The notes under the pieces were generated by a model. It was not told the origin of the DNA, searched no databases, and saw nothing but the letters and a program-made list of their open reading frames with translations. A stretch of DNA of 64,000 nt from Vicugna vicugna (taxonomy: Eukaryota): the NCBI GenBank assembly GCA_013265495.1, contig MU058423.1:2743061-2807060 (forward strand), in the 5' to 3' direction. Made by a program: the position numbers and the translations under genes. This document shows, in pieces, positions 46,317 to 59,665 of this stretch. How positions within the stretch are numbered: the first letter of the stretch is position 1; every line of letters begins with the position of its first letter.

Positions 46317-48736
46317 TTGGATTTACTAGGGAAGGTGTTTTAACAGGTAGTGGTAGACATGAGGCTAGAGCTGGATAAACCAGAGCTGAAAATGGGAAGT
46401 CAAGAAGAGTTACCCTTTTAGAGGTTGAGCATTACTGTGGTCTTGGAAGAGTATGTCCAATAGGAGAGCAGAACAGAGGGCAGGACAGACTGTCTTTTAT
46501 ACTTGAAGTGCTCAAGGTTCTAAGGAACATTCCAAGACTCCAGGGCCTTATTGAAGGGGAATGTGAGCCAAGGCATGAGAAACACAGGAGCTCTAAGACA
46601 GTGAAGCCCATGAACAGATTTTCTGAACATTTGTGAACAAGGGTAAGATTGAACTCTTGCTGATAATGTGCTTAACAGTATGAATTATAAATTGTTAGGC
46701 TGATTAGCTGGTCAGATCTCTTACCTAGGAGGCTAAATGTCTTGTTTATGTGCCAAGAGCTGGGACATATGTCCCAACATGGTGCTACATTTGGAAGTGT
46801 TTCATAGAGATGTTTTAAGTCAGTGCATTTGCTTTAGGGATAAGGCGTGGTTATAGACCCCAGTTGTAAGTCACATAATTGTGAATTCCTGTCTGCTCTT
46901 TAAGGTCATAGTTCCCTCAACAGAGCTCAGTTAGCCTTTCTAAAACCTCAGTTCACCCTCCTGTAAAATGGAGCATTATCACGAGGCTTTGAAGAGAAAA
47001 TGTTTTGAAAAACTTGAAGTACTAAATACGTAGGATTTATGTCATTTCTTGATAAGCTTGTTGATCTGTTACTGCATCCGGAGAGCCCAGTTGTCAGCCA
47101 AATGATCCTGATAAATACCAACTCCAGAGGAACGTGTGCATAAAAGGAGACAGATGAGGCATAAATGTATTTGATTTTATTACTTGGCAGGGTTGGGTGA
47201 CAGGCTTGGGCAAGGGTGGCAAGAATGAGAGTGAGTCAAGATTGGCAGAAATATAAGAAGCATATGTGTTCTTTTTTTAACCTTCATGATTACATCAAAA
47301 TTTAACTTGTTAATATGAGTGATACTAGCAAGTGATATTAATTGGAGTTCTTTTAGGCGGTGGTTAGGAAAGAACATGATCTCAGGTCAGACCTGGATTC
47401 ATACTTCACTGGTGCAGGGACAGATGGATTTCAGTGAACCTTAGTTTTTTCCTCTATAAAATGGGTATACTTATACTTACCTCTTAGGGTCCTTATGAAG
47501 ATTAAATGAGGCAGTGTAGGATTTGGTGTGTGTTCATTCTCTATTGAGGGTATCTTAAAATGATTATCACAAGGTTTCTGGTGCATTACTAGTTAGATGC
47601 TCAAATATTTGTGTGTGCATTTAAGGGTTTTTTTCCCCCATAGCTGTAATGTTCCTAGAGAATTAGTATGGGTACTCACAGGAACCAGATCTGGATTAAG
47701 AAATATATACTACTTATGTCCTTGGACTTAGAATTGAAAAAAAAGTTGGGTAAGGTGAGGGAGAGACCTCTGTCCAAAGTGTCTTTCTTGAAGCTATGGG
47801 AGATGAGGAAAAAATAATAATCCCACCATCATCAGATCCTGGTCATCTGGTTATAATAGCTGCAGGTGTATATAGTTATTTACTTACAGTGTTAAAGAAC
47901 TTATCGATTATTAAAAAAAGACTACTTATAATTCAATAAATATTTCCCTTCTGTGGTTTTAAGTTGACAGCTTTAAAATAGCACTTTGCCTGTTTCACCC
48001 TCATTCATTAACTGAGCAGCCACCATTAGTTTTGTGCTCTATGGACCTCTGTGAAGTTTTAGGAAATATTAGTGAGATGTGATAGGTACTCCTCAAGAAT
48101 TCAGCTTGGAAGCATGGCAGACCAGAATGCTAATGGAATTATGTTTTATTGTGTGCATATCTCTTTAAGGTAATATTTCACCACTTCCTGGCCTGTGTTA
48201 ACTCTCTGTTCTAGTTGAAGTTGCCTTCTCACCAGTCCCTTTAGCTTGCCATGAGCTCTGTTGCTTCTCCATCTTTGTTCTCATGGCATTCCTCCTGTCT
48301 GAGTACCTTTCTAGTTCTGCTTGTTTTTTTTTTTTCTCTCCTACAACATTTAACTACACCATGTAACCCAGCACTTTACTATGGTATTCTGTTTTGTATT
48401 CACATTCATTTATTCAACTGTTATTTTCCAGAGTATAAACTCCTCAAAGGTAGGGACCGTGCTTGCACTACGAGTCCTTCACTGCTTTTGCCTCACACAG
48501 TGCTGGAGAAGTCATTAAATGATGTGTAGTCTGGAGTCAGACAGACATGAGTTTGAATCCTTGCTCTGCCACTTAGCAGCTGTGTAACTTCAGGCAAATA
48601 ATTTAACCCTCCTTCTTCAGACCCTTCTTCTTCATCTATAAAGTAGCACTAGTCCTTTATATTATCATGAGTGCTCAGGAAAGGTCAGTACTATTATTAT
48701 TATTCTTTAATTCAGTAGTTGTTTATTTAAAACAAA

Positions 48737-48787
48737 TTTTTATTGAAGTATAGTTGATTTACAGTGTTGTGTCAGTTTCAGGTGCAA
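48737..48787 (-). mobile_element. Very short L1 3' tip
   Basis: TTTTTATTGAAGTATAGTTGATTTACAGTGTTGTGTCAGTTTCAGGTG is the reverse complement of the same 3' end seen at 19800-19850; flanking AGTTGTTTA repeats. Confidence 0.7.
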
Positions 48788-51639
48788 CAGTTGTTTACTG
48801 AGCACCTACCATGTGTTAGTCATTGTACTGTGCCCTGGGAACTGAGATGGAACATGGCAGATAAGATCCCCGCCTTTATGGACCAGTAGAGAAAATGCAC
48901 ATTAGCAAATATGTAATTATAAATATGGTAAGTAGGAAAAAGCAATTATTGGAGAATAATTGACAGATGTCCTTTTGGTCTGGGGCACTAGGAGGGACTT
49001 CTTGAGAAATTATTTCAACTGAAACATGAAGATGAATAGAATTTTTCCAGTAAGAGTATCCCAGGCAGAGAAAACAGCATATTCAAAGGCCTGGGGCTAG
49101 AATGAGCTTGGTGCACCCAAAGGTCTGGAAGGCCAGTGCAGTTGTAGCGGAGAGAGTGAGGGGCTAGTCCCCACACCCAGGGGATGAGCGGCGAGCCTTT
49201 ATGTTCCAGTCAGCTGGCAATTGCACATATCTTTTCATTACTTGTTTTTTACTTCCCTTTTTCCCTTTTACTTTTTTATTTTTTCCCCTTGAAGCTAAGA
49301 TGTAAAAATTAAGTGCTAACAGTTTTGGAATTTAACTCGCTTATTAGACATAATTACAAGTGAATTATCCCATGAAAGTGAATTTTTCAAAAATTAAGCC
49401 TACCCTTTTAAGTGCCCAAGGTGCTGTTTTTCCAATGGACATCTTTCTAAAATGTTTCTCTGCCATCTTAGTAGTATGACACTGAATCGTTTAGAAGATG
49501 TTATGTTATGCTATACCATGACTCACGTTACTTTAACGTGGATGGCCTTAATACCCTCAAGGGCTGTTGAGATGTGTGGCTATTATCTCGAATTTCGCCT
49601 GGCCCAGATTTATAAGCCTAGTGCCATTGTCTGCTTGTTGAAGTTTACTCTTTGTTTCCTGTAGAAATGATAGTCCGCTTGCAGTATCCTGTTCCTTCTT
49701 GCTGCTGTCCCTGTCTTTAGATATACTATCCCCCAAATTTTACTTCTTCTGTAAGTTAAGAAAACAGATAACTAATTTTAGGCAGTTCTAACAAGTTTAG
49801 CAAACTGATTCAGAGTGATGGCCTACACGTTTCTCTTAGTGGTCTAATGCGTAGATTTTTATTGCCTGGACAGTGCTTCAGAGGCCTCTCCCTTGCTTCC
49901 TTTCAGCGAGTGTCCAGGTTGTTGAGGTTTCTAGATAATTGAGGTTGATGTTACCCTCTCCTTTTAACACTAGAGTATTGTGGAGCAGGGAGCTGATTTT
50001 TTTCCCCCCAAATGAAGACAGAGCAGTGGAAAAGCAAACTGGTGAAATTATTGATGAGTCATAGAATTTTAAAGCTTCTGGGAACTAGCAATGTTGTTGT
50101 TCCAGCTTCCTTGCCTTGGTCGTGAAGTTAGGTTGCGCTACTCAAGTTCACGGGGCTATTGACAGAGCCGGAAATGAAGTTCACGTTGACTGAGTATTAG
50201 CCTAGTGCTTTCCTCTGTATCATCCTGCCCCACAGAAAACTTTTGAGTAATAGAATAGGTTTGCAAACTTGTATAATATTTTAATGTTTAGCCTTTTTAT
50301 TTCTAAGAATAGTCTCCGTGAGTACTGGAACATTTCTGATCTTATTTTTGGCTCACGTTCTATGATCCTAGCAGTGCTTTATTTACCTGGACTGTATTCC
50401 CTGAAGATTTTCTTTCTGCCTGTAAGAGCTTCACCCAGACTGTGTTCCAGACCTCTTTTGTACGTCACTGTGTCCTGTCTCTCCTTGTGTTCCCCAGTTG
50501 AGGTTTGGAAGCCCAGGGCATCTTAAATGCCCAGGCTTTATGGGCTTACAGTGCTTGCCTTTGTATGTTATTTCATTTGATTCTTATTATTCCGGTGAGT
50601 GAAGGAGCATAATTCAGTTTTACTCCTGAGGAAATAGATTCCCAAGAGAAAATGATTTGTGCCTACTTTCCCAGCCAATTAGTTACCAGACCAGACTTTA
50701 ACACCCTTTCGTAGTTTTATTTTCACAATGACCTGCTCTCTTCCGTAGGTTAAATATCCAGTGTGTTCAGTCTTCATTTTTAGACTTCTGTAAGAAGTGT
50801 GTTCATAGAGCATAAGCTCCGTGAGCACAGAGCATGTGTTGGCACTGCTGTTTCCCAGTGCCCTGAGCAGGGTTCGGCACATGGCGGGCATGCGCATGTG
50901 TTTGTTGAAGAAGGGAATGTGTGTGAAGGATGAAATCGTTGAATTCACTCCCTGTTTACTTGCCGGAGAGATTGTTCCTGATGGCAAGATGGTCGGGTTA
51001 TCTGCAAGTGGCTTTTAAACTGGGCGCCGTCGTGTGAAATTGACCCACACTTGCTTTTGCCCATGTTAGTTCTTTCAGCGTTCTACTTTTGATCAGATAG
51101 GCAGAAGTTTCTCATTACCAAGTCTTTTCCAAGCTTCTGTGACTCTTGGGACCAACTTTAAGTTCCCCCAGCTATAGTAACAGTAATTTAATTAGGCTTC
51201 TAGTTTAATTAGATGTGAAGACAGAGTTACTTCCATGAAGAAGGTTGTGTTTTGTGGCCTTTCTGTTTTTCCAGATGGAGCTGGAGTTTAGCCATATGAC
51301 CACAGAAATGGACATTTGTGTTAATTCATGGTCTCTAAAAATGTATGGACCTCGGGCTTTAAAGTGGTAGGCAATAAATGTGTGGATGAGCCTTGCATCA
51401 TCAGCTGTCAAGGTGGATGTATTTCAGAGAGGGTTGCACAAGCTATCACCTACTTTCTAACATAATGAGTCCCTGCAAACCAATTTGGTTGTAAATGCCA
51501 GCCAATGACTCCCTCCTGCCCAGAGCTCCCCTACTGGGACAGTAAATGGCTATCAGTGCCACGTGGGACACTAGAACTCACTGTTCAACAGGTGAACAGG
51601 GTGGGAGTAATTCAGTTGATCTGGAAAAACTGTAGAGAA

Positions 51640-52830
51640 GAAACATCACGATAAATTCTACCACTTTAGAGACTGTTGCTGTTAATATTTGGAAGAACAT
51701 CCTTCCAGATATGTTTTTAATCATAAATACACACACAATGTTACATGCCATTCTGTAAACCTGCTTTTTACTCAACATGTTATGAATATCTTTCAATGTC
51801 CGTAAATACCTGTAACATTTTTTTCAGTAGCACCTGCTGTATTGTTTTATTGCATAACGTAACTTTAACAAAGCTTCAATTCTTCATTTAGAATACACAG
51901 CTGTAGTAATAGGGGGTTGTTATATGGATTAAATGATAATGTGTGTAAGATGTTTGGCACAGTAGATGGCCTGCAGGAAGTGCTTAATTGTTGTTAACTG
52001 CCATAAACATCCAGGTGTATAACGTCTTTTGTAAAGCTGTGTAATTATCTCCTGCTAATAAATTCCTGAGTGGGGTTGCTTAGGTTACACGATATGGACA
52101 TTTTCAGTTCTGATTCATGTCACCAGATAGCAGAAAAGTTACCTGTGATTTATATACTCCCACCCACAGTGCACACAGGTGCTCTGGTCTCCACCCCTCC
52201 CTGGATATACTTTTGTCAAGTTTTCCAAAAAGTGTAAAATGGTATCACATTGTGTTTCTTTGATTTTCTTTTACTGGTGAGATTGAATAGCTTTTCAAAT
52301 GTTATGGGTCATTTGTACGTCCTCTTGTGAATTGCTTATTTGTGTCCTTTGCCTATTTCCTTCTGAGGTCTTTCCCTTTTTGTTAATGATTTGAAAACTT
52401 TCTATATTAACCCTTTGTTATGTTGCAGATAATTTTTTCCAGTTTTTTTCAACTTTCTGTTTGTATTTTGCCATTAAAAAATTTTTTTTATAGTCAGAGT
52501 AATGCCTGTATTGTATTAAGTTTCTGGGTTTTGTGTCATTTTTTGTAATGGTCCTCTCATTCTAAGATTATAAAGATAGTCACTCATACTTCTAGGATTT
52601 TTATGACTTAACTTTTTGTATTTAAATCTTTGCTCTATGTGGAATCCATATAGGAGTGAGGGGTAAGAAGGGAGTTAGGAATGCAGCTTTTAATTTTTTC
52701 CAAATAGCTGGATTTTCCAACACTTTTTTACCACTGATTTGAAATGCTAGCTTTATCATACCCTGAAAGAAACCTCATCCAGTCTTGGACTTTGTTTTGT
52801 TCCACTTATCTGTCTCAGATATTCCTGTGC
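51640..52830 (-). mobile_element. Highly decayed L1M fragment(s) with an intervening MIR
   Basis: T-rich antisense L1 text (AAAATGGTATCACATTG, TGAATTGCTTATTTGTGTCCTTTGCCTATTT); approximate. Confidence 0.6.
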
Positions 52831-54077
52831 CACTAACTGTGCTATGGGATTAATAAATCTCTCACTAGAAGTGGCAGGTTTCATGCTCATCTGCTCCTGA
52901 TAGACTCAAGCTGACACTTTACATAGCTACCCTTCAGCTTCTTGGTTTCTGAGCTTCCTTCCATACGGTGTGATTAAGTCATCTGAATTACTGTACTTAT
53001 TCTGTGGCCCCTCTGGATGCTGGTTTGGGAATACTAATCACACAAATAGCATATTTACGTGGCTTCCTTAATTCCAGCCTGCTTCTAGATCCTACATTTG
53101 GCTGACCGCTTAGCAGTATGTAGTGACCAGATTGTGTTCTCTTCGTGCTAAGTAATCTGCCTCTTAGGCATACTACATTGGAGCAACACAACTATTGTTT
53201 ACCACAAATAAAATAGGCTTCATCTCTCCCCCACCTTCTCCATTTCAGTTGTCATGTATACAGCTAACATCTAACATGTTTTTTGTAACAGTGCTTGAGG
53301 TAGACACTCTACCTTCTGTTGGCTGGATTCCTCAACTCATAAATGTTTTGATATGTTTAGTATTTTAATATTGTAGGGTATTCATTGGAAATATTATATT
53401 GGGGGGGGTTGAGGTTTTCCCTTCCTAAAGGGCTTATTCTGCCTTTCAGTTCTTTCTATCCACAAAGCTTTGTCCTCTGCTCTTATTTCTTTTATTCATC
53501 TTACTTTGCCTTGATTAGAACAATTGAACCATGACTTACTTGTTGATTATGTTCAGCTGTATATACCGCTGGAAACCTTCCTTGTTTGGGTAAGTGATCG
53601 TGTGGCCTCATCTCAGCTTTCCTTGGCTATTTGAAGCAGAAGTGCTTTTCTTTTCACACACATTGCCTTTTCTCTAATTTTATTTTCCTTCTGTTCCCAC
53701 CTTTAACTGTGTTTAACCTGACCTTGAAATTCTTATTTAACAAGTGCTTAATAGAATCTACTTTATACTCAGCACTTTACTGTTTGGTGAAATTAATATA
53801 TTTTATTTACATTAACCTCTGAAATTTTTCAAAATACTTGCATAAATCTTCCTGTTTGCTCTGTCTGCTCTACTGCCTACCTTCTACTGCATCTTGCTAT
53901 TGCTTATGTCTGCTCCCACCTCAGTAAGCCCTGCTTAAATCTCAGTATACAGACTTTCATTTCTTCATACTCAAATATTTGAATTTCTCTTTTGTATAGT
54001 CTACTCCTCTAAATACTTTAATGTGTTTAGGGAATCTTTACCAATTTTTAACTGTATGGAGTTGATGGCAAACAATT

Positions 54078-54597
54078 GCATAGAGACAAAACATGGTACT
54101 AAAAAAATCAGTGGGTCAGTGATGAAATCAAAGAAGAAATGAAAAAACACCTTGAGACAAATGGCAATGAAAACACAACTACACAAAATCTATGGGATGC
54201 AGCAAAAGCAGTCCTAAGAGGGAAGTTCATAGCTTTACAGGCCTTCCTCAAAGAACAAGAATCTCAAATAAGCAACCTAACCTACCATCTGAAAGAAGAC
54301 AAACAGAACCTAAAGTCAGCAGAAGGAAAGAAATAATAAAGATCAGGGAAGAAATAAATAGAGATTAAAATATAGAAAAAAAATCAATAAAACCAAGAGC
54401 TGGTTTTTTTGAAAGAGTAAAATCAACAAACCTTTGGCCAAACTCACCAAGAGGAAAAGAGAGAGGACTTAAATAAACAAAGTAAGAAATGAAAGAGGAG
54501 AAATTACAACCAATACCATGGAAATGCAAAAAAAGTAAGAGAATAAATACTATGAAAAATTATATGCCAACAAATTGGACAACCTAGAAGAAATGGA
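54078..54597 (+). mobile_element. Internal L1 ORF2 fragment (between endonuclease and RT domains), frameshifted
   Basis: ORF 54139..54336 contains [24 protein letters not shown], an L1 ORF2 hallmark; continues to LYANKLDNLEEM. Confidence 0.93.
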
Positions 54598-55224
54598 GTT
54601 GATAGCAAGTACAGTGGGAAGGAGAAGGAGTGATAACACATGTGAACACCCAAAAACACATACTAATGTTTAACAGTGGTTGGCACTGTTTTGGTTGGCA
54701 GTAAGGGCATAGGAGGGGACCCTGTTCAGCCACTATTTACTGAAATGGTAGTAACCTTGGTAGAAGGAAGACTTACACACAGATCAATTTCGGTAGCAGG
54801 GGTTTGTGAATAGACTTTTATGGAGATGTTTGTGGAGCACTTAATATGTATAAGACCTTGTGCTAGGCCTGACAGGTAATACCAGGTCGTAGTGTCTGCC
54901 ATTGAAGAATTCCTAGCATAATTTGAGAAAGTAGCCAAATATGTAGTTATAGTATAAGTGACATCTATAAGTGCTGTGAGAATAATGCCTAGGAAGAGAT
55001 CCTTCAAGCTGTGATCATTAGAAACTAGAATGGTTGGTTTTATATGGGAAAATGGGATGTCAACTGATGTTCAGATCTTCTGCACAGTCCCTGTCTTATG
55101 ACTGTAAAAAAGAAACATCCACCATATAATGCTGAGGAGCAATGTATAAGTTCAGAACAGAACCTTTCTTTTTCTAAAACCTGCATTTTTAAAAAGTATT
55201 TTCACTTGGTAAAGAATTCTATCT

Positions 55225-56710
55225 TTACAGTTTTCCCCCCAGTTCTTTAAAGATGTTGATATACTGGTTTGCATTGTTTCTGAGGAGAAGTCTACTATGA
55301 TTTGTTGTTCACCTGTATATAATATTATCTTTTCTTCCAGATGCTTTTAACATTTTTATCTATCACCAGTTTCAAACAATTTGAACATGATGTGTCCTGA
55401 TGTAGATTTCATTGTGTTTCTTGAGTTTGGGTCTGTGAGCTTCTTGGATCTCTGGGTTTATACTTTTCATTAAATTTGGGGAAATTTTGGCTACTATTTC
55501 TTCAGTTTTTTTCTATTCCCACCCCCCACATCTTCCAGAGACTCCAATTTTATATATATGTAAAGTTGTTTGAAGTTCTGTAGTTCTGTTAATTTTTTCT
55601 TTTTTGTGTGTGTTTCTCTTTAGATAATTTCCATAGGTATGTCTTCCAGTTTATTAATCTTCTCTTCTGCAATGTCTAATTTCCTGTTAATCTTATCCAA
55701 AGTAGCTTTCGTCTCAGACATTACAATTCTTATCACTGGAACTCCAATGTGAGTCTTTGTATGTCTTCTCTATCTTTATTTAATGCTTATCTTTGCTCAG
55801 TCTATTCTCTAACTTCTTGAATGAACATATGGAGTACAGTTATAACTGTTTTACTGTCTTTAATCTTATGATCTGTGTTATTTCTGATTGATTGATTTTT
55901 CTCCTCATTATGTGTCCTGTTTTCTTCTTTGCATGCCTGGTTACTTTTGATTGAATGTTGGACATGGTGAATTTTATCTTCTTGAGTGCTGGATATTTTA
56001 ATATTCCTATAAATATTCTTGAACTTTGTTCTGGGATGTATTTATGTTACCTGGCAATAGTTTGATCCTTTTTGATCTTGTTTTTAAGCTTTTTAGGCCA
56101 GACTAGAAGAGCATTTATTCTAGGACTAATTTTTCTTCTACTAAGGTAGAACTTTTCTAAGTATTCTCTCCATTTCCTTGTAAAATATGAAATATGTTGT
56201 TGGGAACAGGAATTGTTTCTGGTCCTATGTGAGGCCCAAATATTGTTTCCTTCAGTTCTGAAGGGGGATTCTCCCCTGGCCTCAGCCGGTTTCCTCACAT
56301 TCATGTGCTGGTTAGTCCTCAGCTGAAGACTTGGCAGGATGGTTAGGGAGCCCCCATCTATAGATCTCACTGTTCTCTTTCTGTGCCACCCTCTCCTCTC
56401 TAGTGCACTACACTGTGAACTCCAGCCTCTTTGGCCTCCTCAGACTATCAGCTCGTCTCTTCAAGTGAGGGTAACCCCTGGGCTCTGCTTGGGTTCCCCT
56501 TCCCTGCACCGTGGCCTGAAAATTACCTCGAGATAATAAGCCAGGGCAGATGAAGGGCCTTCTTTGTTTCCTCTCTCTCATGGACCATTGTCCTTCATTG
56601 CCTAAAGTCCAATGTCTTGAAAACTGTTGTTTGATATAGTCTGTATTTTTTTATTTGTTTCAGTTGGGAAGGTAAATCTATCCGTGTTATTCCGTCTTGG
56701 CCAGAAGCAG
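55225..56710 (-). mobile_element. Old L1M ORF1/5' region fragment
   Basis: TTGTTTCTGAGGAGAAGTC, GAGCTTCTTGGATCTCTGGGTTTATA..TTCATTAAATTTGGGGAAATTTTGGC; approximate. Confidence 0.65.
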
Positions 56711-58689
56711 ATGTCCTCCCAGAATAGAGCTTTTACTCCTCATACTCATTTCTGTCATGGGGAAATTAAGTGGGTCTGGCTTTACCGTTTCCCTTCATTA
56801 TCCTCCTTTTCAGAGCTTTGCAAGTACTTCTTATAGGAAATGAATTTAATATTTATTGAGTGTCTCCCATGTGCTATGCTATACATTAGTTGTAAAAATG
56901 AATAGGCTTGGTCTCTGCACCAGATGGGCTTCAGGTCTAGTAAGGGAGACAGACAAGGTTCTTGTTGCTCTAATTAAAAGTAGAATATGTTTTTAAATAT
57001 CTAAGGTGCTGCCACAATGGAGAGTGACATGTACATTTGTAAATTCTGTCTCCTAACTGTGACCAGTTTGTCCACCCTTTCCTGGACGTCTATAATCCTC
57101 CCGTTGAAGGGGGAGGATTGTATCTGTGGTCTTGGTTCCCCAACTATCCTGGATTTATCTTCTTCCCATATGACCTTTTCTTCCTACCTGAGCTTTGGTC
57201 TGTTGTTAGATCTGATTTCATTTTTCTCTTTTACTTTCACCAGTATAAGAACGTGAAAGACTGAAATATAAAAGAGTAGTTGCATTTTCTGTTGGTAGAT
57301 GAGTATTTTCAATGAGTTCGTACATTTTCAAAAGTAAAATTTAATTAGTTGTTGGGAAGGGAAGAGGAGGGAGGGTGAAGGGTAGCAGAAGACCATAACT
57401 ACAGTTAATACATCTCACCTACATTGTTCCAAAGGAATCCTTTGGGTGATGAGTGAGGTCACCTGTCCTTTGATTTGTTTGGATTAAGTTGAGGGTTGTT
57501 TATGTCATCCAGTAATACTCCTCTTTCTGTGACTGAGCAATAGGAAGATGTGAGTAATGCCAGTGTGCACTGACTAGGCCGGGTGCGTAGAGCATTGCCT
57601 GAAAAGTGAAAGCTTCAGGTCCCCATGGGCTTGAGCTCCGGTGGTGGAATTTTTTCTTTTATTCTGGTCAGCTGTTGTGACCAGAACCTTTCTTGGAAAG
57701 ACAGCCTCTGTTTAGATAACCGTTAACTCATGTGATCTCTCTGGTGCCTGTGGTAGCTCTGGAGAGCCCTGCTTCTCCGCAGGGAGCTCATTGATGTGCT
57801 TTCAGACAGTGTATCCTCATTCAAGAGAACATGCCGTCTTGTTCTGTGTGGTATCTTATAAGACACACTGCTGTGTCAGTTTTTAAGCTTCTGGTTCCAG
57901 ATGTCTCTAGCAGACCTACTTTTTCTCAGACGCTTGGCCAGTGTACATGTATGAATAGCCTTTCTGTCCTGCAGGGGCTGTGAGAAGCTCTGCCTGAGTG
58001 GGCGAGAGTTAAGCAGCATTTACTGAGCAGGCCCTCTGTGAGGCACCGATTGTGCTGTTTACCGGGACTGTGCAAGACATTGTGCCGACCTCAAAGGGGC
58101 TGACGGTCCGCAGAGGAAGTAATGGAGGTGAATTCAGCCGCCCACTTAGGAAGACCACAAAAGAAAATTAGAAGATAAGCAGAGCAGTCAGTGTTTTGAG
58201 TCCTGTTTCTTCAGGCTTCTCTGTTAGGATGGTGGCTTGAGTGACCAAGCGGCTGGCATCCCACCATTTATAGATATGTTCTATTTTAAGATCAAGTTTG
58301 TGGTTTGGGAAGGATGTATAATCATTTTCAACAAATGCTTATTGAGTGTGCAAGTATCATGGTAGGCACAGAGAAGACTGCAAATGTAAGGCTGTATCCT
58401 CAGCTCTGGGGAACTGCTCATACTAGAAAAGGCATGGCATATTTAAGATTTTAAAAATCTTAATAAGATATAAGTTTCATAAGAGAAAAGCATCAAGCAT
58501 CAAAAAATCGTCAACATTAGCAGAAATATATACTAAACCATTGACCCTTCTGGGTGGTGGGGCGTGTGGCGGGGGAGGGAAAGGATCTTCACTTCTTATT
58601 ATATACATTTCTGTCTGGTTGGAAATTTTTACCAAATGCCAGTATTGCCTTTTTGGTATTATTTCTTCATCAGTTAAAGAAGTGATATA

Positions 58690-58769
58690 GGGCAGAGGGT
58701 ATAGCTCAGTGGTAGAACGCGTGCACGAGGGGCTGGGTTCAATCCCCAGTACTGCCATTAAAAAAAAAA
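58690..58769 (+). mobile_element. Short tRNA-derived SINE (vic-1-like head plus poly(A))
   Basis: TAGCTCAGTGG A box, GGTTCAATCC B box, A10 tail, flanking AAGTGATA repeats. Confidence 0.85.
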
Positions 58770-59605
58770 GTGATAGAGACTAATAGATTATCCACATAAT
58801 GTTAACCTTTAATATCTCTGTGTGATAGGATTACGAATGATTTACATTTTCCTTACCATACCTCTCTATTATCGTCTACATTTCCCCCAATGGATATATA
58901 TTATTTTGCAAATAGGTAAGAAAGTATTTGAAAACCAAAACTCAAAAGCACCTACGATAATTATCATAACTGTATTTCAACATGCTTACCATATTTTGGA
59001 TATAATATACCATCTTTCCCTTTTTTGTCTCCTCATTCTCACTGCAAGTCTATTAAGGTTGTTCTGTTACTATTATTTTTATTATTAAATAAAAAGGTGA
59101 GCAAAGCCAATTACTCTTGCTTCTGTCCCTTGTCATTCTGAGTGAGTTAGCCTAGAAGCAAAAGGAGTCTAGCTATTAGCTATTCAGCTATACTGTGAAG
59201 GCTGCCTAGAAAAAGTGGAATTATGCTGATTGGGTTACAATTATATCTGTCATTGTGGGCTGTGATCTCTTGTTTTAAAATATCCTAAGAATACTTTCTA
59301 TGTCTTTATATTTAGTTCTGGTGGAGAAAGCAGTTAGATTATCCCATCTCCCCATCTGGTGCAGTGAAGAAAACTCATCTGTTTGGCTTACTTTGTATGA
59401 GAGAGAATTAAAACTTCCAAGTTATTTGTAATTCAGGTTAAGTAGTTAAATCCTGTTTCTTCCAAATTTTGTTCCAGGAATTCCTATCCCCTTATAATTA
59501 TAAACTTAATTACTTTGAAAGCAATAGTGTTCTGAATTATTTAAGGAAGTCAAAGATTGCAGAGGAGATGTCGTTTCTAAGTGATCTTTTTTTTTCCCCT
59601 TATAG

Positions 59606-59665
59606 CATGTGTTTGATGATCTCAGTGGCTCAGTATCCTTGTCCTGGGTTGGAGATACCACTGGG
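59606..59665 (+). CDS. SORT1: Sortilin exon 2 ([20 protein letters not shown])
   Basis: Polypyrimidine tract plus TAG at 59605; donor GGG|GTAAGT; 60 nt, phase 0/0; matches the Vps10p-domain start of sortilin. Confidence 0.97.

Noticed and set aside
57826..57845. AGAACA...TGTTCT inverted half-sites resembling a steroid response element
   Set aside because: Spacer is 8 nt rather than the 3 nt needed for GR/AR/PR elements.
58443..58463. Palindrome TTAAGATTTT-A-AAAATCTTAA
   Set aside because: Short and AT-rich, within decayed repeat sequence; likely chance.
58690..58760. tRNA-like sequence with A and B boxes
   Set aside because: No proper acceptor stem or anticodon arm, followed by poly(A) and flanked by repeats; it is a SINE, not a tRNA gene. 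The same applies to the other five copies.
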